Assembly (NCBI GenBank): GCA_965368975.1
Contig: CBDUPA010000001.1
Location: forward strand, 768,001-832,000
Direction of reading: 5' to 3'
DNA length: 64,000 nucleotides
Source of the DNA: an uncultured bacterium
GTDB taxonomy: Bacteria > Acidobacteriota > Thermoanaerobaculia > Multivoradales > JAHZIX01
Shown: positions 36,356 to 44,213 of the stretch, in pieces
How the letters are laid out: each line of letters opens with the position of its first letter
Position numbering within the stretch: the first letter of the stretch is position 1
Made by a program: the position numbers and the translations under genes
The notes under the pieces: generated by a model
Told to the model about the DNA's origin: nothing
Databases searched by the model: none
Seen by the model: the letters and a program-made list of their open reading frames with translations, nothing else

Positions 36356-37408
36356 CTAAAGAGGGTCGAGGTCGGCGAGCTGGGTGCTCTGCACCGTGCG
36401 GATGAAGGCGCCGGCGTGGTCGAGCGGCGTTTCTTTGAAAATGCCGTGGCCGAGGTTGGCGATGTGTCCACCGCCGAGCCCGCGTCGCAGCATCTCGCGT
36501 GTGCGCGTCTCGATCTCGTCGACCGGGCCGAGCAGGGCACCAGGATCGAGGTTACCCTGTAGCACCTTCGATGGCCCGATGGCGGCGCGCACGACGTCGA
36601 GCGGTTGACGCCAGTCGACCGACAGCACGTTCACCGGCAGCGTCGCCAGTTCGGACTGCAGGTGAGCGCCCTCGCGCAGGTAGAAGATCGTTGGAACGCG
36701 CTCACCCAGGCGCTGCAAGATCCTCTCGACCGACGGCCGCGCGATGCGGCGCCAGCGCTCGGCATCGAGCAGACCGCCCCACGTGTCGAAGAGCTGGATC
36801 GCCTCGGCACCGGCGTCGACCTGCGCTTCCAGGTAATCGCAGGTGACTTCGGCGATACGGTCGAGCAGCAGGGTCAAGCCGGACGGGTCGGCGTAGCTCC
36901 AGGCCAACAGGTGGTGGAACTGCTTGGACACGCCACCTTCAACCAGGTAGGCCGCCAGTGTCCACGGCGTGCCGGCGAAGCCGAGCAGCGCGGTTGCGGG
37001 ATCGAGTTCCCGGCGCACCCGCCGTAGCGCCTCGAAGACATAGCCCAGCGTCGCCTCGACGTCCGGCCGTTTGAGGCGCCCCAGGTCCGCTACGCTACGT
37101 ACGGGTCGCGGGAACTGCGGCCCGTCACCCTTGACGAAGCGCAGCTCGGCACCCATGGCTTCGAGCGGCAGCAGGATGTCGGCGAACAGAATCGCCGCGT
37201 CCATGCCGTAGCGGCGAATCGGCTGCAGCGTCACCTCGGTCGCCAGCTCCGGTGTCTTGCACAGCGTCAGGAAGTCGTTGTCGGCGCGCAGCTCGCGGTA
37301 TTCAGGAAGGTAGCGTCCCGCCTGGCGCATCATCCACACCGGCCGGCGATCGGTCGGTTCGTTGCGCGCGGCACGCAGGAAGAGATTGTCGGTAGTTGCG
37401 TTGCTCAT
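36356..37408 (-). CDS. hemE: Uroporphyrinogen decarboxylase
   Basis: PVWMMRQAGRYLPEY, DAAILFADI, QLFDTW, QGNLDP and NLGHG. Confidence 0.97.
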   Translation of the reverse strand: MSNATTDNLFLRAARNEPTDRRPVWMMRQAGRYLPEYRELRADNDFLTLCKTPELATEVTLQPIRRYGMDAAILFADILLPLEAMGAELRFVKGDGPQFPRPVRSVADLGRLKRPDVEATLGYVFEALRRVRRELDPATALLGFAGTPWTLAAYLVEGGVSKQFHHLLAWSYADPSGLTLLLDRIAEVTCDYLEAQVDAGAEAIQLFDTWGGLLDAERWRRIARPSVERILQRLGERVPTIFYLREGAHLQSELATLPVNVLSVDWRQPLDVVRAAIGPSKVLQGNLDPGALLGPVDEIETRTREMLRRGLGGGHIANLGHGIFKETPLDHAGAFIRTVQSTQLADLDPL

Positions 37409-37474
37409 CAGGCTTCCAGGATATCAGGTAGGCCGTCCAGATCGTGGTGTTTCCGACGCACGCGCGCACCGATC

Positions 37475-38236
37475 TCAGGTGCGCAGATACGAAGCACCGT
37501 TGGCGTCCAGGATGCAGCCGGTCAATGCATCGTGTCCCTCGGCCGCCAAAAAGGCAATCGCCGCCGCAATCTCCTCCGGTGTCGCCGCGCGCCCCAGCGG
37601 GCTCTGATTGCGCACCTCGTCGCCGCCTGGGCCATCGAGAAACGGCTTCGCCATGTCGGTCTCCACCCACCCAGGCGCTACCGAGCACACGCGGACTCCA
37701 TGTGGCGCCAGCGCCTTCGCCATCGACTGACCAAACGCATTCAACGCCGCCTTCGACGCCCCGTACGCCGGCGCCGTCGGTTCGCCGCGGAACGCCCCAC
37801 GTGACGTCACGTGCACGATCCGGCCACCCTTGCCGCGCTCGATCATGCGCCGGCTGACCAGATACGAGAGGTGGACCGGACCCAGCAAGTTCGCGTCGAG
37901 GGTGCGCCGCCATGCTGCTTGCCAATCCTCGAAGTCGGTCGACGCCGGCGAGTGTTCCTCGTAGATCCCCGCGTTGTTCACCAGCACATCGATCTCCCCG
38001 AGCCGTCGCGGCACCGCTTCAGCCAGCCGCGCGACATCGTCGAGTTTCGACAGATCCGCCTGGAATATCCCGTGCACCGCCTCTGGCAAATCGTTCAGGG
38101 TCGCCTCCGCCGCTGCCCGGTTGCAGTTGTAGTGCACGGCCACCCGCGCCCCCAAGCCGGCAAACTTGCGCGCCGCCGCCCGGCCAATGCCGCGCGATGC
38201 GCCGGTGACCAGGACGGTCTGATCGGTGAAGTTCAT
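37475..38236 (-). CDS. SDR family oxidoreductase (FabG-like)
   Basis: TGASRGIG, NNAG, YGASK and PGWVET. Start trimmed to ATG 38236. Confidence 0.92.
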   Translation of the reverse strand: MNFTDQTVLVTGASRGIGRAAARKFAGLGARVAVHYNCNRAAAEATLNDLPEAVHGIFQADLSKLDDVARLAEAVPRRLGEIDVLVNNAGIYEEHSPASTDFEDWQAAWRRTLDANLLGPVHLSYLVSRRMIERGKGGRIVHVTSRGAFRGEPTAPAYGASKAALNAFGQSMAKALAPHGVRVCSVAPGWVETDMAKPFLDGPGGDEVRNQSPLGRAATPEEIAAAIAFLAAEGHDALTGCILDANGASYLRT

Positions 38237-38392
38237 GGGTCGTCTCCTCTGGCGGGGTGTGGTGGTGAAGGTCGGTGTTCTGCGAGGGCCCTCTGGATGA
38301 TAACTTGCGTGACTCACGCCCGAGGAGATTGCATTCACATCGAACACTTGGCGGTGGCGAATCAAGGTAGCTGCGGCTCCGCGATCAGGGCC

Positions 38393-38429
38393 TGATGCCT
38401 TGACATCAAGTTCTGAGCCATCCTAAGCT
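38393..38429 (+). promoter_or_regulatory. vapBC sigma70 promoter with an overlapping operator palindrome
   Basis: TTGACA (38400-38405), 18-nt spacer, TAAGCT (38424-38429), then 6 nt to ATG 38436. TGATG-N6-CATCA at 38393-38408 overlaps the -35 box. Confidence 0.65.
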
Positions 38430-38435
38430 TCATGT

Positions 38436-38705
38436 ATGAGGACGACACTGACGCTCGATGATGATCTCGCGGGGCTCTTGAAGGACCGTGCTCAGCGCCA
38501 GGGAGTTGCTTTCAAGACGATCGTGAACGACCTCCTTCGTACCGCGTTGGGCATCGAAGCCACGCCGGCAACGAAGGCTCCCAGGGTGATCCCGCACTCG
38601 TTCGGTTTCAGAGCCGGCATTGACCTCGACAAGCTCAATCAGCTTGTGGATGAACTCGAGGCAGAGGAGTTTGCGAAGTCCTGGCAGAAGCAGGTCGAAC
38701 CGTGA
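38436..38705 (+). CDS. vapB: Type II antitoxin, RHH/CopG-like
   Basis: MRTTLTLDDDL RHH start; GTGA overlap with a PIN toxin gene. Confidence 0.88.
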   Translation: MRTTLTLDDDLAGLLKDRAQRQGVAFKTIVNDLLRTALGIEATPATKAPRVIPHSFGFRAGIDLDKLNQLVDELEAEEFAKSWQKQVEP

Positions 38706-39133
38706 TTCTGCCGGACGTGAACATCTTGATCCACGCGCACAACGAGGATTCTCCGTCACATGTGCGAGCGAGAGCTTGGTGGGAAGGATGTCTGCAGAAT
38801 ACCGTGGGAGTTGGTCTGGCCTGGGTTGTGGTTCTGGGCTTCGTCCGCATCACGACGCATCGTCGAATCCTGGCTCAGCCACTGGATGTCGATTCGGTAC
38901 TCGATAGGCTAGAAACTTGGTTGGACTTGCCCCACGTCCATATCCCCCAGCCTTCCGATCAACATTTTTCGCGACTGAGGACGAACATTAGCAGACTTGG
39001 TACAGCAGGGAACCTTACTACAGACGCCCACTTAGCTGTCTTGGCGATGGAGCGCGGCTACGTCCTGTACACCACGGATACTGATTTCTTGAGATTCCCA
39101 GGTCTGCGTTGGGTCAATCCGCTCAAGGAGTAG
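38702..39133 (+). CDS. vapC: Type II toxin, PIN-domain ribonuclease
   Basis: MILPDVNILI, GNLTTDAHLA and TTDTDF..F.GL...NP. Confidence 0.92.
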   Translation: MILPDVNILIHAHNEDSPSHVRARAWWEGCLQNTVGVGLAWVVVLGFVRITTHRRILAQPLDVDSVLDRLETWLDLPHVHIPQPSDQHFSRLRTNISRLGTAGNLTTDAHLAVLAMERGYVLYTTDTDFLRFPGLRWVNPLKE

Positions 39134-39171
39134 TGCAGTTGGCGGCTTTGGATGTGCCGCCGCGCCTAGAG

Positions 39172-39936
39172 CTACAGCGCCACCGCCACCAACACCACCA
39201 ACGGCGCCAACAACAACAGCCCCAAGATCACCCAAGCCGCCGGCCGCGCGAAGTTGAACGTGTAGCCGAGGCCGGTCAGCTTCTCGACCCACAGGCGTGA
39301 GTCATCCGGGTTGTAGTAGAACAACCCGCCCTTCCAATGCTTTGACGCGCCCGGCTCCAGGTACTTCTGTTCCGCCTTGGACGGCTGCAACAACGATCGT
39401 CCTGCGGGTGTAATCAGGAGCAACGGCACGATCAGCATGTCGAGAAATGCCATTGCCAGCACGGTGACCAGCAGCGTCCGTTGCGATGTCGCGTCTTCCA
39501 GCAGGGGCCCCAGGCTGACCAGGGCGAAGATCACCGCCATCTGCAGCGACACGGCGAGCAGAATCCAGAGGACCGAGCGGTGTCGCTTGGAGGCGTGGTC
39601 GTAGGCTTCGCTGCCGGCGGGGAAGCGGCGAGCGATCGAGCGGCTGCCGGTGCGGGCGAGAGCGGCCGAGATGCCGGTCATCATCAGGCACAGGGCGGCG
39701 CCGAAGAGCAGGATACCGAAGACGGTCCAGGTGCTCTTGTCAGCCCAGCCGTCCGGCTGGAATTGACCATCGTAGTGAGTGGCGAAGCGTTCCGGGATCT
39801 GCTCCCAGTTCAGTTGCAGCCACAGCGCGGCGAGAGCGAGCACGAGGTAGGGCAGGCTCTGGCCAGCGGGACCCCCGGGTAGGGTGATGGGCTGTGTCGC
39901 TGAGCGGGAAGGTTGCGCGGCGAAGAGGATGGGCAT
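39172..39936 (-). CDS. DUF1648/DUF5808 membrane protein
   Basis: IPERFATHY..G.PDGW and WKGGLFYYNPDD.RLWVEK..G.GYTFNF motifs; several TM helices. Confidence 0.85.
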   Translation of the reverse strand: MPILFAAQPSRSATQPITLPGGPAGQSLPYLVLALAALWLQLNWEQIPERFATHYDGQFQPDGWADKSTWTVFGILLFGAALCLMMTGISAALARTGSRSIARRFPAGSEAYDHASKRHRSVLWILLAVSLQMAVIFALVSLGPLLEDATSQRTLLVTVLAMAFLDMLIVPLLLITPAGRSLLQPSKAEQKYLEPGASKHWKGGLFYYNPDDSRLWVEKLTGLGYTFNFARPAAWVILGLLLLAPLVVLVAVAL

Positions 39937-40059
39937 CCTCAGAGTTTACACTTGACGCTTGCCGAAACGAAGAATGCCCGCGGCAGGTGGTCTGCCGCGG
40001 GCTCCTTGGGTCTCACCCGGGACGCTCAGCCGAGCGCCCGGGTGCGTCTACGGTGCTGC

Positions 40060-43000
40060 TTACTGGCAGGCCGTGACCGTAACGTCGTCCAGGAACCAGC
40101 CATCGCGGGTGATGGAACAGTCCGTGATCGAGGTGAAGGCGATGTAAAGGGTCTGGCCGGCACAGCCGCCGGTGCCACTGGTGATGGCGTCGCAGACCGC
40201 GTCGAGGTCCACCGTCGTGCTCTGGAAGGAGCTCTGGGTGGCGGTGAAGATCGAGAGGCCACCAGCGCCGGTGGGCGGGCAGGCGGTGCTCGACGTGCTG
40301 TTGTAGGTGTGACCGCTGAGCGCCGATGCTGGCACCAGCGTGTAATTGCTGCCGTCCAGCGACACAGCCAGGGTAGCGCCGTCGTAGTTCGTCTCGAACT
40401 GGTAGCGGTGGTCGAAAGTCAGCGTGGTGTTGCTGGCCGTCGATGCCACCGAGATACCGGTGCTGCCCTGAGGTTGGGCGAAGTTGAAGTTGTTGCTGCT
40501 GTAGTTGCCGGTGCAGCCACTGCCGCCGAAGCGGAAGATCTTGCTGCCGTTCGACGCCGAGCAGGTCTGGATGCCACGCCAGCTGGTGACGCTGCCGCCG
40601 CTGACGAAGGTACCGCGCGTCCAGTCGGACAGGCCCGAGCCGCTCTCGAAGCCGTTGCTGTATAGCGTGGTGGTGGAGCAGCTACCGCCGCCGCTCTGGG
40701 TGGTGGCGTTGGTTTCCGCCGAGTTGGCGGACTCACAGCCAGCGACCGCGGTCACCACGTAGTAGTAAGTCGTGCTGGCGGACAGGCCGGTGTCGCTGAA
40801 CGACGTGCCGGTCGGGCTGCCGACGTTGGTGTAGGGACCACCGGTGGAGGTTGCTCGGTAGACGTTGTAGCTGGTGGCGCCGCTGACGGCGGTCCAGCTC
40901 AGGTTGATCTGCGTGCTGCTGGCGGCGGTAGCGCTGACGCCCGTGGGAGCCGACGGCGGCGTGCAACCACCGCTCTGGGTGGTGGCGCTGGCCTGGTTGG
41001 AGTCGCCCGACTCGCAGCCGTTGACCGAGCGTGCGACGTAGTAGTACGTCGTGCTGGCGGTCAGGCCCGTGTCGTTGAACGTCGTGCCGCTGGAGCTGCC
41101 GACGTTGCTGTAGGGGCCGCCGGAAGTCGTCGAACGGTAGACGTTGTAGCTGGTGGCGCCGGAGGCGGCGGTCCAGCTCAGGTCGATCTGACTGCTGCTG
41201 GCGGCGGTGGCACCCAGGCTGGTGGGCGCTGCCGGCGGCGTGCAGCCGCCACCGCTGGTCGGGGTCACCGACACGCAGGTGCTGGGCGCCGAGGCACAGG
41301 CCTCGTTGCCGGTCGGCTGGGCGATCATCTGGTAGTAGTAGGTATAGCCGTTGGCGACATCGTTGTCGGTGTACGACGTGCTACTGCTGTCGTTGACCAC
41401 CTTGGTGAAGCCGGCGTTGCACCCGACCTCGTTGCGGAACAGGTCGTAGACGACGCTACCGGAGTTGGTCCAGGAAGCGCTGACCTGGTTGTTGCCGGGG
41501 CTGACGCTGAGCGTCGGAGCACTGGGCTGGGTGCAGCCGCGGAAGGTGACGTTGGCCGCGGTGTCTGTGGTGCAGGCGATCAGGTGACGGTTGAAGGCGG
41601 CATACAGAGCGCCACCATTGGGGGTACCGTTGCTCAGGTTGCCATCGTCATCGTCCGCGGCGCGGAAGACGCGCCACAGGGTGCCGGTGGCACAGCCACT
41701 GGAGCTCCAGGGCGAGGTGCCGGTGTTGCAGGTGTGCGCCGTGGTGGCGGTGGAGCGGGTGGCGTACCACAGGCGCTCGACGGCGGACCAGGCCGCGCCG
41801 CTGCCCGGGTTGGAGATATCGCGGGTGGCGAAGTCCCACAGGGCTTCCGAGGCGACATAGGACTCACAGTGACCTTCCTTGCCGCAGGGCCCGATGTAGT
41901 TCGGGTTCAGCCAGCTCGGGTTGGGGCAGGTGGTCTGGGTGAAGTTGGCCACCGTGTGGGGCGTACCGGAGGTGTGCTTGGCGTAGTCGATATCGCGCAC
42001 GCCGGAGCAGCTGGTGCAAGCATCGCCGTAGCCGGAGCAGTTGCTGCTCTGGAAGAAGCCATTGCCGATGCAGCTGTTGTGGGTAGCCAGGGCGGCGGTG
42101 AAGTCACCGTAGGTCTCGCCGGTGGCCGGGTTCGAGGACGAACCGTTGCCGTCGTTGGAGTCGAGGCCGTGGCCATACTCGTGCATCGAGATGCCCAGCA
42201 CCTCGCCGGTGTTGCCGCAACCACCGCCGGAGCGGAAGAAGTTGAGCTGACCGCCGCCCCAATAGGCGTTGCAGGTCTGGTTGAGGTTGACGCGCACGGT
42301 CAAGTTGCCCTGAAGCCAGGTGTTGCTGGGCAGCCAGCCGCGGCCGGCTTCCTTGGCGCGGTTGATGTTGTAGTACTGGGTGCGCGCGGCGTGCGTGTTG
42401 CCCGCGCCGCCGGAGCCCGGCGTCGTGCAGTCGGTACCCCCGGAGGTGCCAAATGCCAGATTGCCGGTGCTGCTGTCGCTGAGCGCGATCGAACCGCAGC
42501 TGTCGCTGATCGTGACGTACTGACCGGCCAGGTTGGAGGTCACGGTGCCGCCGGTGTAGTTGTAGATGCCGGCGGAGTTGGTGAAGCCGCTGTTGACGTC
42601 GGCGAACGGCATCGGCAGCACGGTCTCGTTGTTGAAGATGTAGGAGATCGGCCAGACACCGCCGGTGACGCTGGCGTACATGTTGGTGTCGGTGAATTCG
42701 ATCACCTCGCCGGTGGTGGCGTCGATGCGAGCGCGCCAGTTGCCGACCTCGCCCGGCCGGTGGAAGAGCAGCTCCCAGACCTTGATCAGCTCACGGCCCT
42801 GGCCAAACTCGAAGCCATCGGTGACCAGCGCGGGCAGCAGCTTGAGGTTGCCCCGGTCGACGAACTCGTCGTTCATGTCGACGCCGCCGATGTGGGCGGA
42901 GAGCGCTTCCATCGCGTACTCACGGTCGTAGACCGTCGCCGGCATGTCGGCGTTCGGCGCAGGGATGTTCTCGCTGCCGAACTGGATCAGGTTGCCGTTG

Positions 43001-43602
43001 TTGACCCGGAAGACCAGGCGTGCGCCCTCGATCGGCAGGCCTTCCAGGACGATGTCGAAGTCGACGAACCACAGGTAGCCACCATACTCACCGGAACGGC
43101 CCTGGTTGAGCACCAGGCTGGCCGGATCGATACCCATCGATGGCGCCACCTGCTCGGCGAACTCGCGGGCCAGTTTCTCGAGAGTGTCGAGCGAGACGCG
43201 CGAGGTGCGGCTGCGCCCAGATCCGTCGGTGCGACCTTCGGTGCGGGTCAGACGGTTGCCGCGCCCCGGGATCCACGGGATGCCAGCGCCTTCCGCGTAC
43301 TCCAGGCGGCCGGTGCGCTGGTCGACGTAGCCGACCCACTCACCTTCGCTGAGCTGCTGAGCGAAGCTCAGGAAGCCTGCCCAGCCTTCGGTGACCAGCT
43401 CGTCGAGTTGCCCGCGGGCCTTGGTGTTGTCGATCGGCTCGGCCAAGGGCTGGGTCCGCAGGCGCTCGTCGGCGAGTGAGTAGTGAGCCAGGGTACCGGA
43501 CCGTTCCGTGACCATCTGTTGCGCCGAGACGATCGGCGCCAGGGCCAGGGTGACGAGCAAGGTCAGGGTCAGTGCTCGCAAGATTGCTGAGTGACGCTTC
43601 AT
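40060..43602 (-). CDS. Large secreted thermolysin/fungalysin-like (M4/M36) metallopeptidase with propeptide, three FN3 domains and a C-terminal jelly-roll domain
   Basis: Signal peptide; IDATTGEV PepSY-like motif; CNAYW, HEYGH and GETYGD; YNVYR/YYY FN3 repeats; AGGAGG RBS. Confidence 0.88.
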   Translation of the reverse strand: MKRHSAILRALTLTLLVTLALAPIVSAQQMVTERSGTLAHYSLADERLRTQPLAEPIDNTKARGQLDELVTEGWAGFLSFAQQLSEGEWVGYVDQRTGRLEYAEGAGIPWIPGRGNRLTRTEGRTDGSGRSRTSRVSLDTLEKLAREFAEQVAPSMGIDPASLVLNQGRSGEYGGYLWFVDFDIVLEGLPIEGARLVFRVNNGNLIQFGSENIPAPNADMPATVYDREYAMEALSAHIGGVDMNDEFVDRGNLKLLPALVTDGFEFGQGRELIKVWELLFHRPGEVGNWRARIDATTGEVIEFTDTNMYASVTGGVWPISYIFNNETVLPMPFADVNSGFTNSAGIYNYTGGTVTSNLAGQYVTISDSCGSIALSDSSTGNLAFGTSGGTDCTTPGSGGAGNTHAARTQYYNINRAKEAGRGWLPSNTWLQGNLTVRVNLNQTCNAYWGGGQLNFFRSGGGCGNTGEVLGISMHEYGHGLDSNDGNGSSSNPATGETYGDFTAALATHNSCIGNGFFQSSNCSGYGDACTSCSGVRDIDYAKHTSGTPHTVANFTQTTCPNPSWLNPNYIGPCGKEGHCESYVASEALWDFATRDISNPGSGAAWSAVERLWYATRSTATTAHTCNTGTSPWSSSGCATGTLWRVFRAADDDDGNLSNGTPNGGALYAAFNRHLIACTTDTAANVTFRGCTQPSAPTLSVSPGNNQVSASWTNSGSVVYDLFRNEVGCNAGFTKVVNDSSSTSYTDNDVANGYTYYYQMIAQPTGNEACASAPSTCVSVTPTSGGGCTPPAAPTSLGATAASSSQIDLSWTAASGATSYNVYRSTTSGGPYSNVGSSSGTTFNDTGLTASTTYYYVARSVNGCESGDSNQASATTQSGGCTPPSAPTGVSATAASSTQINLSWTAVSGATSYNVYRATSTGGPYTNVGSPTGTSFSDTGLSASTTYYYVVTAVAGCESANSAETNATTQSGGGSCSTTTLYSNGFESGSGLSDWTRGTFVSGGSVTSWRGIQTCSASNGSKIFRFGGSGCTGNYSSNNFNFAQPQGSTGISVASTASNTTLTFDHRYQFETNYDGATLAVSLDGSNYTLVPASALSGHTYNSTSSTACPPTGAGGLSIFTATQSSFQSTTVDLDAVCDAITSGTGGCAGQTLYIAFTSITDCSITRDGWFLDDVTVTACQ
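40693..41250 (-). repeat. Tandem 279-bp duplication encoding two FN3 domains
   Basis: Units 40972-41250 and 40693-40971 both read GGCTPP.APT...SWTA.SGATSYNVYR..GGPY.NVGS...DTGL.ASTTYYYV..GCES..ATTQS. Confidence 0.9.
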
Positions 43603-43959
43603 TGAATTCCTCCTAAGGTATAGGCGTCATTGCCTGTTGGTTGAATCGCAGTCGCACGGCGCCATTCCCGTCGCTTCGCCAACGCAGGCTTTGCCCGATG
43701 GTCACGCAATCACCGGATGCCTATGTTGTGCGATTCTGATCAGCCCTTGATGTCTGGAGGATCGGGAGGGCACGCCAGGTGCCTGGAGATCCGATTGCCT
43801 GCCATCATCGGAGAGCTATCTGAAAGATAGGGGAAGGGATCAAAGTGCGGACCCGAGTCTTCTTGAGTACTCAGGAGGATACACCCGAGTTGCCTTGAAT
43901 GCAACGGTTCGTGGTCAACGGAGGTGCCTTGAAGCCACCGCTGGGGCGAGATTCGAGGG

Positions 43960-43997
43960 AAAAAAGAAAACGCGCTTCACGACTAGCGTGAAGCGCG
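43960..43997 (-). terminator. Intrinsic terminator
   Basis: Perfect 11-bp stem cgcgcttcacg/cgtgaagcgcg with a 5-nt loop, followed on the minus strand by TTTTCTTTTTT. Confidence 0.85.
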
Positions 43998-44133
43998 GAT
44001 CTGATCTCAGGTTGACGCCTATTGAATCAGGTGGAGAGAGGAGGAGAGCAGCTTGCGTGAAATCTGCTCTGTTGGACGCGCAGGTCCGAAGACCGGCGCG
44101 AAACGGACAACGGGCCCCGTGAGGAGCCCGTTC
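43960..44133 (-). ncRNA. Candidate structured small RNA (~175 nt)
   Basis: TATACT -10 at 44143-44138; four hairpins including C(UUCG)G; CU-rich linker; ends at the intrinsic terminator; no credible ORF. Confidence 0.6.
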
Positions 44134-44213
44134 ATGAAGTATAGTGAGCGACGTTACCAAGACCGGGACAACTTTTTTTTTGCCGTATTTCGATCGAGTG
44201 AGGAGGATTCGAG

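Noticed and set aside
41584-43479. Long antisense ORFs (for example 631 aa here, 1084-2193, 55412-56557, 56670-57905)
   Set aside because: Shadow ORFs expected opposite high-GC3 genes; no recognisable motifs.
43660-43730. GGGCAAAGCC on the minus strand, similar to part of a c-di-GMP-I riboswitch
   Set aside because: The GNRA-capped P2 and the conserved flanking motifs are not present.
44081-44100. caggtccgaag resembling SRP RNA domain IV
   Set aside because: It lacks the GGAAGCAG partner strand and the long SRP helix; structural cues favour the opposite strand.
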